A stretch of 61,064 nucleotides of DNA, counting the filler. It is 4 parts of 4 records of this genome, joined end to end, with 100 filler letters (N's around TTAATTAATTAA, not from the genome) between each part and the next. Parts side by side here need not be neighbours in the genome. Positions count along the whole stretch, not along the records: positions 35,106 to 52,125 come from SRR22947725_4560; 3 more parts are not named here. One strand, given 5' to 3'. Position numbers and translations under genes: made by a program. The stretch's first letter is position 1, and the number at the start of each line of letters is the position of its first letter. This document shows positions 41,631-50,583 of this stretch, in pieces. The notes under the pieces are model-generated. The model did no database searches. It was given only the letters and a program-made list of their open reading frames with translations, and was not told the origin of the DNA.

Positions 41631-42824
41631 ATGAAAAAAACAATATATAGCTGCATTGCTGCCTTGGCAGTTGTTGGTGCGGCAAATGCTGATGTCAAAG
41701 TTGGAAATCCAATGGCGATGACAGGACCAATTCCAGACCTAGTCGCTCCAATGGCGATAGCGGTCGATCTTGCGGAAAAACATATCAATGATCAAGGTGG
41801 TATGTTTGCAAGTGGGGAGAAGTACGTTATCGTACGTGCGGACTCCATGTGTGATCCAGTTGCCGGCGTGGATGCGGTAACTAAATTAGTAAATGTTAGT
41901 GGTGTTGTAGGAATTGTTGGGCCAGTATGCTCAGGCGCGACAATAGCTCAAGCGGAATCTGTTTCAATTCCTGCTGGCGTTGTGACCCTATCTGTTTCTG
42001 CGTCAGCTCCAGCTATTTCAAACATGGAAACTGGGACTGATTTAGTTTTTAGAACTGCGGCGTCGGATGCTTACCAAGGGGTTGCTCTTGCTGAGTTAGC
42101 ACTTGCAAAAGGTATTAAGGATATATCAGTTTCCTATGCTAATGATGATTATAACGCCGGATTAGCTGAAGTTTTTGCGGCACATTATGCTTCTAAAGGT
42201 GGTAAAATCCATGCAAATGAAGCGCACGAACCAAATAAAGCTTCCTACAGATCTGAAGTTGCAACATTGGGTGCCAATACTGATAATCTCGCCTTGTTCG
42301 CATATTATGGCTCAGGTGGAATTACACTAATGAGAAATGCAATGGAAACTGGAGCGTTTTCAACATTCTTGGGTGCAGATGGTATGCTTGCTCAAGAAGT
42401 TATTGACCAATTGGGAGCAGAGAATCTTGGAAATGCGACTTTTACCACATCTACTTCAGATGAAACTACTGACGGTTACGCTGCATGGAAAGCTCTTGCG
42501 GTTACTGCTGATCTAAACCCATTGGGACCATTTATACCAAACTCATATGATGCTGCATTTATGATGGCTCTTGCTATCGAAAAAGCTGGTTCAGCTGACA
42601 GAAGTAAAATTGCTGGGGCCCTTAGAGCCATTGGTAACGCTCCTGGTGAGATAATTCTTCCAGGTGAATGGTCAAAGGCTAAAAAGATATTAGCCGCAGG
42701 CGGTGATATTCATTATAATGGTGGATCTGGACCTCAAGATTTCGATGCAAATGGTGATGTTGCAGGGAGTTTCTCGGCAAGTGTTGTTGAAAACGGCGTT
42801 TGGGTTGGAAAAATCCTTAAGTAA
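41631..42824 (+). CDS. Liv-type ABC substrate-binding protein
   Basis: Signal peptide; class I periplasmic binding protein features (DS.CD, SASAP, FRTA.SD.YQG, YDAA). Confidence 0.92.
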   Translation: MKKTIYSCIAALAVVGAANADVKVGNPMAMTGPIPDLVAPMAIAVDLAEKHINDQGGMFASGEKYVIVRADSMCDPVAGVDAVTKLVNVSGVVGIVGPVCSGATIAQAESVSIPAGVVTLSVSASAPAISNMETGTDLVFRTAASDAYQGVALAELALAKGIKDISVSYANDDYNAGLAEVFAAHYASKGGKIHANEAHEPNKASYRSEVATLGANTDNLALFAYYGSGGITLMRNAMETGAFSTFLGADGMLAQEVIDQLGAENLGNATFTTSTSDETTDGYAAWKALAVTADLNPLGPFIPNSYDAAFMMALAIEKAGSADRSKIAGALRAIGNAPGEIILPGEWSKAKKILAAGGDIHYNGGSGPQDFDANGDVAGSFSASVVENGVWVGKILK

Positions 42825-42844
42825 AGATTAGTAAAAAAAAGATA

Positions 42845-42880
42845 AGTGTCCGTGGGTTCTATTGCGGGCACTATTTTTTT
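42845..42880 (+). terminator. Intrinsic terminator of the ABC operon
   Basis: AGTGTCCGTGG...TTGCGGGCACT stem with G-U pairs, followed by A and a T7 run. Confidence 0.7.
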
Positions 42881-43905
42881 GTCTTGGGCCAGGTGTCAGA
42901 TATACGGTAACCGGTTGGCCATGGATCTGTAGGGTCTAATGTGTACTGGTGCGTCCCAGTTATCCATGCTCGTCCAGTAATTTCTGGGGTTATACTTACT
43001 ATACCACCTATTAAAGAGTCGTTTAAAATTTTGCCAGTGAAGCTAGAGCCAATAATGGACTCGCATTCTAATGTGTCATTTTTTTTCATTACTCCATTGT
43101 TATAGAGTAAAGCCATTCTGGCTGACACTGCCGTGCCTGTGGGCGACCTGTCTATTTTCCCGGGGTCAACAGCAACAGCCGATTTTGCAAATAATTTATT
43201 TCCTTTTCTTTTTATTTTACCTGCGAATAGACAGAAAGAAATATGGTTCCAATTTTTATTTACAGGGTGATTGAAACCAATTTGTTCATTAGCACATTTT
43301 GTTATTTTCACACCTAGTTCGGCAAGCTCTTTTGCCTCTGAGCTAACTAACTTGTAACCTAGTTTTTCAGCATCAACTATAACAAAACTATCCCCACCAT
43401 AAGCTGTATCAACAAATATTGAACCTAACTCTGGCACAATTAACTCAACATTTAATTGATCTACGAATGAATCTAAGTTTTCAACAGAAATTGATACAGC
43501 TTTGCCATTTTTGCAATTTGCTCGAACCCTTACAAGTCCACCAGGGGCCTCAAGCGTAAGTGTGGTTACTGGTTCGACCATTTCTATTATACCAGTCTCT
43601 AAAAGTACAGTTGCTACGCAAATACTATTGGATCCAGACATTGGAGGGGTGTGCTCAGGTTCCATGATTATCCAGCCGATGTCTGCTTTCGGATTTTTTG
43701 GGGGTACCAGTAAGTTAACATGCCGGAAAACCCCTCCACGAGGCTCATTTAAGACGTAGTTACGAAGAGTTTGGTCGTTATCAATCCAGGTCCTTTGATC
43801 CCAAATTGTGTCTCCAGGTGGTGGTGTTACACCACCAACTATTACATCGCCAACTTCGCCTCCTGCATGACAGGAGACCACATGGATTGTATTTGTATTT
43901 TTCAT
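42871..43905 (-). CDS. Proline-racemase-family enzyme, Ser/Thr active-site type (putative trans-3-hydroxyproline dehydratase)
   Basis: H..GE and EPRG motifs. PMSGSN and DRSPTGT occupy the positions of MCGH and DRSPCGT. Confidence 0.85.
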   Translation of the reverse strand: MKNTNTIHVVSCHAGGEVGDVIVGGVTPPPGDTIWDQRTWIDNDQTLRNYVLNEPRGGVFRHVNLLVPPKNPKADIGWIIMEPEHTPPMSGSNSICVATVLLETGIIEMVEPVTTLTLEAPGGLVRVRANCKNGKAVSISVENLDSFVDQLNVELIVPELGSIFVDTAYGGDSFVIVDAEKLGYKLVSSEAKELAELGVKITKCANEQIGFNHPVNKNWNHISFCLFAGKIKRKGNKLFAKSAVAVDPGKIDRSPTGTAVSARMALLYNNGVMKKNDTLECESIIGSSFTGKILNDSLIGGIVSITPEITGRAWITGTHQYTLDPTDPWPTGYRISDTWPKTKK

Positions 43906-43939
43906 GTTTAAATAACAACCTTTTTAAAACTTTGTGTTT

Positions 43940-44890
43940 TTATGAAAATTTTCTTTTTAAAAAATTTGTAACATCATTTAAAGCACAGTTTGCTAGCTCA
44001 CTATCGAAAATATCAAAACCATGTACTCCACCTGGATACCAGATAGTGTTTGCGTCATTTCCTGCTGATTTCCACCTAGCGGCCATAAAACTTGTATCAT
44101 CTACTAGAGGATCAAGCGTACCACATTGAAATAATGCCTCTGGTAAGTGACGTAAGTCAGCATGAAGTGGAGACAAATAAGGATCATTTTTAGAAAGATT
44201 TTTTAAGTTTAAGTTCTCAACAAAGAAATTCAATAATGGTGTAGATAGAACTAACGGCTCATCACCCCAATTTGCAGCAGATGGAGTTAAGTTCGCATCA
44301 AACCAGCCGTATGTTAATAAAGCCCCAACAAATTGATCTATTTTATTTCTTTTCTTAAGCCTGAGCAGTGTAGCGGCACTTAAATGAGCTCCTGCACTTT
44401 CACCTCCAATAATAAGTTTATCTGTTCCAAACTTAGTATTACAAGATTCTATGATCCAATCAGCAGCCACTTCACAGTCATCTAAGCATGCTGGCCAGGA
44501 ATTTTCTGGGGTTAGACGATATTGTATTGAGGCGGTAATACAACCTACTTTGTCGGCGATCTTTTTCATTCGCCAATCTTGGTGCCAAGGTCTTCCAAAC
44601 GTAAAGCCTCCTCCATGAATATGGATATAAATCCCAATTGGATCTGATTTTGGATAAGTTAATCTAACAATACCTGGGCCACCATTTGTTGAACCTATAT
44701 CAAGATCTACTGCTTCAGGGTTGGCTGGATAAGAAGGAAATGTTCCTTCACCAGTATCTCTTGCTTTTCTAGCAAGTGGGATTGGTACATCTTGCAATCT
44801 AGGTTTTTCGAGCTGGTCTTTTTTGATAGCTTCAAGAAACTCAAGATCCTTCTTTAAAATTGATGATTTTTTAAATGGATTTTTTTGCAT
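43940..44890 (-). CDS. Alpha/beta hydrolase, HSL family
   Basis: HGGG oxyanion hole, GESAG nucleophile, DPL and HGF motifs. Confidence 0.9.
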   Translation of the reverse strand: MQKNPFKKSSILKKDLEFLEAIKKDQLEKPRLQDVPIPLARKARDTGEGTFPSYPANPEAVDLDIGSTNGGPGIVRLTYPKSDPIGIYIHIHGGGFTFGRPWHQDWRMKKIADKVGCITASIQYRLTPENSWPACLDDCEVAADWIIESCNTKFGTDKLIIGGESAGAHLSAATLLRLKKRNKIDQFVGALLTYGWFDANLTPSAANWGDEPLVLSTPLLNFFVENLNLKNLSKNDPYLSPLHADLRHLPEALFQCGTLDPLVDDTSFMAARWKSAGNDANTIWYPGGVHGFDIFDSELANCALNDVTNFLKRKFS

Positions 44891-44929
44891 TTTTGATCTC
44901 TTATTATTTTTAAGTCATTGAGTGTTCAG

Positions 44930-45886
44930 TTACTTACTTCCTACATTTGGAAGAATACATAACATTTCATATAAAATATTCGCTGCTGTAAGAGCTGTGT
45001 TTCCTGATGGGTCATAGGGGGGTGACACTTCTACTAAATCACAACCAACAATATTAAGTCCAGAAAGACTTCTTATCAACTCAATAGCCTGAGGAGTGGT
45101 AAGACCTCCAATTTCGGGTGTGCCGGTTCCAGGCGCATATGCTGGATCAAGGCTGTCAATATCAAACGATATATAAACTGGTGATTGTTTCAAATCATTT
45201 TTTATTCTTTCACCTAGAGGTGATAAAGATTTATGCCAAATTTCCTCTGCTTGAATTACATTAAATCCCCAATCTCGGGCTTCATCAAAGTCGCGTGCTG
45301 AATATCCGGTACCACGTACGCCAATTTGATATACAAGGTTGGGGTCAATTAATCCTTCTTCGTATGCGCGTCGAAAGGGCGTTCCATGCGCAATTTTCTC
45401 ACCAAACATTTCATCATTAATATCTGCGTGTGCATCTATATGAATTAACGCAACTGGCCCATATTTTCTCTTAATTGATCTTAATATTGGTAGTGTTAAA
45501 GTATGGTCACCACCCATTGCCATTGGAACTAATGGGTACTTTAGCAAATCCTCATAAAAAGACGCAATACGTACGACTGAATCCTTTAAGTCGAAAGTGT
45601 TTATCGCAATATCCCCAATATCTGCACAATTCAAATAATCAAAAGGAGCAGCTTTTGTCCACATATTGTAAGGTCTTAACATATTACTTTCGGCTCGAAT
45701 TTGTTTTGGACCAAATCTAGTGCCCGACCTCCAACTAGTCCCAATGTCCATAGGAATTCCAAGGAACGCGACGTCCAAGCCTTTCAAGACGTCTGTTGAT
45801 GGCAGCCTCATAAAGGTTCCTGGTCCAGAAAATCGAGGGTGTACGTTTCCTCCTAAGGGTTGATTTTTTAACTGATGATTTTTCAT
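44930..45886 (-). CDS. Ureohydrolase (agmatinase/guanidinobutyrase-like)
   Basis: GGDH, DAHAD, HGTPF and SFDIDSLDP motifs. The QPLGGN..PRF N-terminus is typical of GbuA-like enzymes. Confidence 0.9.
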   Translation of the reverse strand: MKNHQLKNQPLGGNVHPRFSGPGTFMRLPSTDVLKGLDVAFLGIPMDIGTSWRSGTRFGPKQIRAESNMLRPYNMWTKAAPFDYLNCADIGDIAINTFDLKDSVVRIASFYEDLLKYPLVPMAMGGDHTLTLPILRSIKRKYGPVALIHIDAHADINDEMFGEKIAHGTPFRRAYEEGLIDPNLVYQIGVRGTGYSARDFDEARDWGFNVIQAEEIWHKSLSPLGERIKNDLKQSPVYISFDIDSLDPAYAPGTGTPEIGGLTTPQAIELIRSLSGLNIVGCDLVEVSPPYDPSGNTALTAANILYEMLCILPNVGSK

Positions 45887-46028
45887 TTTTTTACAAATCT
45901 CTAAAATTTTTCTTATATAGGTTATAACTATTAACATTCATTATTTTGTTGGAAATATCAAATATTATGTTTATATACCGACCTTTACGTTACTTACCGA
46001 TTTAATTTAATGTATTTTGGAACTACGA

Positions 46029-47183
46029 ATGTTTAATCAGTTATATTCTTTGCTCTCAAATCCAACGACCCCAAGGAAAATATTAAACTCTGATGACGCT
46101 AGAAATCGTGCACGGAGAAGAATTCCACGAATAATATTTGATTTTATTGATGGTTCTACTGGGTCAGAGCTAACGCCGAATAGAAATATTGAAGCTTTCA
46201 AGTCTATTAATCTTCAACCTAGGGCATTAAAAAACGTATCGAAACGAAAGTTGAATACAACAATTTTAAATGAAAAATTTAGTCTTCCTTTTGGATTTGC
46301 ACCAATGGGCATGAGTGGTCTCTCAGTGCCAAATGCAGATAACTTTATGGCTAAGATTTCAATTGAAAAAAATATTCCAATAGGCGTTTCAACTGCTGCG
46401 TCAAGTTCTTTAGAAGACATGCGGAACAAAGCGGGTGAGCATGCTTGGTTCCAATTATATAGCGCGTCCTCTCTTGAGGAAACCTTACCTTTTGTTGATA
46501 GAGCGAAGGTTGCAGGATATAAAAAACTGATATTAACAGTTGATGTCCCACAAGTCTCTAAACGTATCAGAGATATCCGGAACGGTTTCGCAATGCCATT
46601 TAAGATTGGTCCTGCTCAATTTATTGACTTTGCTTGCCACCCATTCTGGTCAATACCCATGTTATTAAATGGAATACCTTTTCCTGAAAATTTTCGTATT
46701 AATGGTGAAAAAAAATTTCAACGTGACGCAGATAGGTCTGCTGCTGATTGGAGCTTTTTGAAAAAACTTCGAGATGTTTGGAAAGACGACTTGATCATTA
46801 AGGGAGTTACTCATCCTGAAGATGCCATAAAGATAAAAGAAATTGGCTGTGACGCAATATGGGTTTCAAACCACGGAGGTCGTCAATTAGATAGTTGTCC
46901 TTCAGCCATTTCAAGGCTTCCAATTATCCGTGAAGCATTAGGTAAAAATTACCCTCTTTTATTCGATAGCGGGATAAGAACGGGAGATGATGTTATAAAG
47001 GCCTTAGCACTGGGAGCCAATTTTGTTATGATTGGGCGGCCAATTCTTTTTGCTCTCGGTGCTGGTGGTCAAAATGGCTTAGACAGTTACGTCACCGCGC
47101 TATCAGAAGAAGTTAGTACGGTTATGGCTCAACTTGGATTAAATAGTATCCGTGAAATCAGTAGCGGTTGCATAGCCCTATAA
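46029..47183 (+). CDS. FMN-dependent alpha-hydroxy-acid oxidase/dehydrogenase (LldD-like)
   Basis: WFQLY, TVD, IIKG, SNHGGRQLD and DSGIR.G motifs. Confidence 0.92.
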   Translation: MFNQLYSLLSNPTTPRKILNSDDARNRARRRIPRIIFDFIDGSTGSELTPNRNIEAFKSINLQPRALKNVSKRKLNTTILNEKFSLPFGFAPMGMSGLSVPNADNFMAKISIEKNIPIGVSTAASSSLEDMRNKAGEHAWFQLYSASSLEETLPFVDRAKVAGYKKLILTVDVPQVSKRIRDIRNGFAMPFKIGPAQFIDFACHPFWSIPMLLNGIPFPENFRINGEKKFQRDADRSAADWSFLKKLRDVWKDDLIIKGVTHPEDAIKIKEIGCDAIWVSNHGGRQLDSCPSAISRLPIIREALGKNYPLLFDSGIRTGDDVIKALALGANFVMIGRPILFALGAGGQNGLDSYVTALSEEVSTVMAQLGLNSIREISSGCIAL

Positions 47184-47383
47184 CGAGCAACCTTCAATAA
47201 TCTTATAAAATCAGTAAAAACTTTATCTAGTTATACATGATGTTTTGTTTACTCATATTTATGTTATTTTAGAGTTGTAAATTTTTTTTTTGACGTCAAA
47301 GTTACGGTCTAACATAAACAATAATTTTTTGCCAAAAAATATAAATACTACAAGTTAAAGTTTATCTCAGTGGGGTAAAAGTA

Positions 47384-49102
47384 TTGAAAAATAGTACAAC
47401 ATTTAGAGGTGGTGCCATTTTGGCAAGAGCCTTTAAGGAAAAAGGAGTGGATCATGTGTTTACCCTTGCAGGAGGGTTTTGCAATCCGGCTCTTGAAGGT
47501 TTTATGGAATGCCATATGCCTGTTATCAACACTCCGCATGAGCAAATTGCCGGGCATCTTGCAGATGGTCATACAAGGATAACAAGGAAGCCGACTGTGT
47601 GTCTCGTGGGCCCTGAGGGATTTGCTAATGCCGTACCTGCCATGCTTGAAGCTGGTGGTGAGAGGAGTCCAGTTATCTTTGTAACTGGGTCTTCCACTTT
47701 AAAGAGGCAAGGTGCTGGAGGTTTTAAAGAAATTGACGATGTCGCAATAGCTGCTCCATTAGTTAAGTATTCGGTTCAAATTACTGATGGTGACCGAATT
47801 AGTGAGTTTGTTGATAGGGCATGGATTGCAGCTACCACTGGTTATCCAGGACCAGTCCATATCAGTTTACCTGTAGATATTATGTTTTCATCATTTGACG
47901 AAATGGTAGGTTTAAAGGAAAGGCCCTTTAATAGAAAAGAATCTGATCAACCGCGAGCATGGCCAAATCCAGAGAGCTTAGCTAAGGTTCATTCTCTATT
48001 GAAATCTGCAGAGAAGCCCATAATTATTGGCGGTCACGGTGTCTGGTGGTCAAAAAGTGAAAGTATTCTTAAAGATGTAGCTTTACGTCTTCGTATTCCG
48101 GTCTTTAATGTCCCTTATCACCAAAAGCTTTTAGGTGAGGAATGTGAGGCCTACATGGGTTTAGCTGATTTTCATCAGTATCACCCATCTAAGCAGGCGA
48201 TTCAGGAAGCTGATCTTGTTTTAATGATTGGTGGCCGGTTAGATAACCAAATGAATTTTGGAAACCCACCTTTCTTTCCTGAACAACAAAAATTAGTTTG
48301 TATTAATGGAAGTCACGAGGAGTTGGAGTATAACAGAGCATCAGATTATTCTTTACTGTCTGACCCTGGTGCTTTTTTGGAGAGCCTATCAAGTATTGAT
48401 TTAAGCTGGGAAAGTTGGTTCTCTCTTCAAAAAACAAGAAGAGAGTCATGGGTGTCTGATTGGGAAGAGCACATATCGTCAGAGACATTAAATAACTCAA
48501 GGATTCACCCCTTACAGTTATCTCTCGATGTACAATCAGTATTAGGTAATGAAGACTGGTTGATTTTTGACGGAGGCAATACGCATTTTTGGTCTGAAAT
48601 TGCAGTTAATATGGCGGGTTGGCGTGGGAAAAAGCTCGGTGGAATAATGCATCCTGGAAACTATAGCTTACTTGGGGTTGGTGTCTCATTTGCAATTTCA
48701 GCAAAAGCTCTGAATCCAAATAAAAATGTTGTTTTGATCAGTGGTGATGGGGCTTTCTTATCTGGAGGGTTGTCTGTCGAAGCGGCTTTTCAAGAAAACC
48801 TACCAATCACCGTTGTTATTGATAACAACGGTGGCTTAGATTGTATAAGTCAGCAGCAAGAAAGACTATTCGCCAACGGCAAACACTTTGCGACAGATTT
48901 TAGGGATATTCCGTTTCACTCAATGTTTGAAGGTCTAGGAGGTTACGGTGAACTTGTAACTACTCGTGAAGAGATTTTACCTGCCCTAAAAAGAGCTATG
49001 GAAAGTGGGAAAACTGCTTGTGTAAATGTAAAATGCCGTGGTGTGATTAGTCCAATCGTAGCTGCAACGTCCGATAAGCGTGATAAAGCTTCAATCGAAT
49101 GA
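47384..49102 (+). CDS. Thiamine-diphosphate-dependent enzyme (acetolactate synthase/2-hydroxyacyl-CoA lyase-like)
   Basis: HEQ catalytic Glu and GDGAF...NN ThDP motif. TTG start after GGGG. Confidence 0.9.
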   Translation: MKNSTTFRGGAILARAFKEKGVDHVFTLAGGFCNPALEGFMECHMPVINTPHEQIAGHLADGHTRITRKPTVCLVGPEGFANAVPAMLEAGGERSPVIFVTGSSTLKRQGAGGFKEIDDVAIAAPLVKYSVQITDGDRISEFVDRAWIAATTGYPGPVHISLPVDIMFSSFDEMVGLKERPFNRKESDQPRAWPNPESLAKVHSLLKSAEKPIIIGGHGVWWSKSESILKDVALRLRIPVFNVPYHQKLLGEECEAYMGLADFHQYHPSKQAIQEADLVLMIGGRLDNQMNFGNPPFFPEQQKLVCINGSHEELEYNRASDYSLLSDPGAFLESLSSIDLSWESWFSLQKTRRESWVSDWEEHISSETLNNSRIHPLQLSLDVQSVLGNEDWLIFDGGNTHFWSEIAVNMAGWRGKKLGGIMHPGNYSLLGVGVSFAISAKALNPNKNVVLISGDGAFLSGGLSVEAAFQENLPITVVIDNNGGLDCISQQQERLFANGKHFATDFRDIPFHSMFEGLGGYGELVTTREEILPALKRAMESGKTACVNVKCRGVISPIVAATSDKRDKASIE

Positions 49103-49446
49103 CCATATATTTAACTTCACACACTCTTGACGGATCTAATGGCAAGCATGCGGCTGGTATCCCTGTACGGCTTGAACACGTCAAGTCAAATTTGATTATT
49201 ATTAAGGGTATGATGGATGAGGGAGGTCGTTTTTCAGCTGAGATCCCGTCCAAAAAAATAATTAAAGGTGATCTTTATGATATAATATTTTCAGTAACTG
49301 AGTATTGGAATAAAGACCTAAAAAACACAGATAATGAAAATGTAATTGATGAAATAGTAGTTAGGTTTCGTATTACCAGTTCAACTAAGTACCACCTACC
49401 AGTCATAATATCTCCAAACTCTTATTCAATATGGAAATCTAGTTAA
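49099..49446 (+). CDS. Transthyretin-like protein (5-hydroxyisourate hydrolase family) with an atypical C-terminus
   Basis: SHTLD...G..AAG, GGRF and YHLP motifs. Ends YSIWKSS rather than YRGS. Confidence 0.85.
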   Translation: MTIYLTSHTLDGSNGKHAAGIPVRLEHVKSNLIIIKGMMDEGGRFSAEIPSKKIIKGDLYDIIFSVTEYWNKDLKNTDNENVIDEIVVRFRITSSTKYHLPVIISPNSYSIWKSS

Positions 49447-50558
49447 TGGCTGCAGATTTAACAATGTCGCGCAGGATAAGAAGAACGGCTTATACTGATA
49501 AAGTTGAAGGCGTAGGTGTTACAGGGTTTTCAGTTGTCAATCATATGATCCTTCCGAAATCTTTTCAATCAAGTATCGAGGAGGACTATTGGCACTTAAA
49601 AGAGCATGTGCAACTTTGGGATGTATCATGTCAAAGACAAATCCAGATCGTTGGTTTAGATGCAACAAGATTGGTGCAATTAATGACGCCTAGAGATATT
49701 GGAGCAATGAAAATTGGTGAATGCCTTTATGTTCCTATTATTGATCAGAATGCTGGCTTAATAAATGACCCAGTATTATTAAAAATTTCTTCCGAAAAGT
49801 ATTGGCTCTCTATAGCTGACAGTGATTTACTTTTATATGCTCTTGGGTTGACTATTGGCTTAAAGTTAAACGCAGTAGTTTCGGAGGCTGATGTTTGGGT
49901 TCTGTCTATACAGGGACCAAAAGCTGAAGATCTTGTAGCAGATTTATTTGGAAGTAAAATTCGGAAGATTGGATTTTTTAAATTTGACTGGGTTAATTTC
50001 AAGGGAACAAATCAGCTACTTGCTCGATCTGGTTATTCGCGTCAAGGTGGATTTGAAATTTACTTAGAAGGAAAGTATTTGGGTTCAGACTTGTGGGATC
50101 TAATTTGGGAGGCAGGTCAAATTTACAATATCAGACCTGGCGCACCTAATATTATAGAGAGAGTTGAAGGTGGGTTGTTTTCTTACGGGAATGAAATGAC
50201 GAGAGACAATAATCCATTGGAAATAGGATTGAGAAAATTTTGTTCATTAGATGGATCAATCGATTATATAGGTAGGGAGGCTTTAGAGAAAATTGCCTCA
50301 GAGGGCGAAACACAGCAGCTTCGTGGATTGATTTTTGATGGCCCTAGATGTCCTACCTGCGCAGAGCCTTGGCCGGTTCTACTTAATGGAGAAAAAATTG
50401 GGCAACTAACTTCTGGTATGTACTCACCAAGCTTAAAGGCAAATGTTGCTGTTGGAATGATTGCGAGGGATTTTTGGGGCTATAAAGGGGCGGTTGAAAT
50501 TAACTGCTTAGATTCTTTAAAACGTAATGGAATTATTTCGGCTTTCCCTCTAAAATAA
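49446..50558 (+). CDS. DmdA-like THF-dependent demethylase (GcvT family)
   Basis: SRRIRRT, HLKEHVQLWDV, NDPV, SIADSD, RSGYS.QGGFEIY and SYGN motifs. Close to DMSP demethylase but with substitutions. Confidence 0.85.
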   Translation: MAADLTMSRRIRRTAYTDKVEGVGVTGFSVVNHMILPKSFQSSIEEDYWHLKEHVQLWDVSCQRQIQIVGLDATRLVQLMTPRDIGAMKIGECLYVPIIDQNAGLINDPVLLKISSEKYWLSIADSDLLLYALGLTIGLKLNAVVSEADVWVLSIQGPKAEDLVADLFGSKIRKIGFFKFDWVNFKGTNQLLARSGYSRQGGFEIYLEGKYLGSDLWDLIWEAGQIYNIRPGAPNIIERVEGGLFSYGNEMTRDNNPLEIGLRKFCSLDGSIDYIGREALEKIASEGETQQLRGLIFDGPRCPTCAEPWPVLLNGEKIGQLTSGMYSPSLKANVAVGMIARDFWGYKGAVEINCLDSLKRNGIISAFPLK

Positions 50559-50583
50559 TAGCTTAATGGAAATGAGGTAACAC

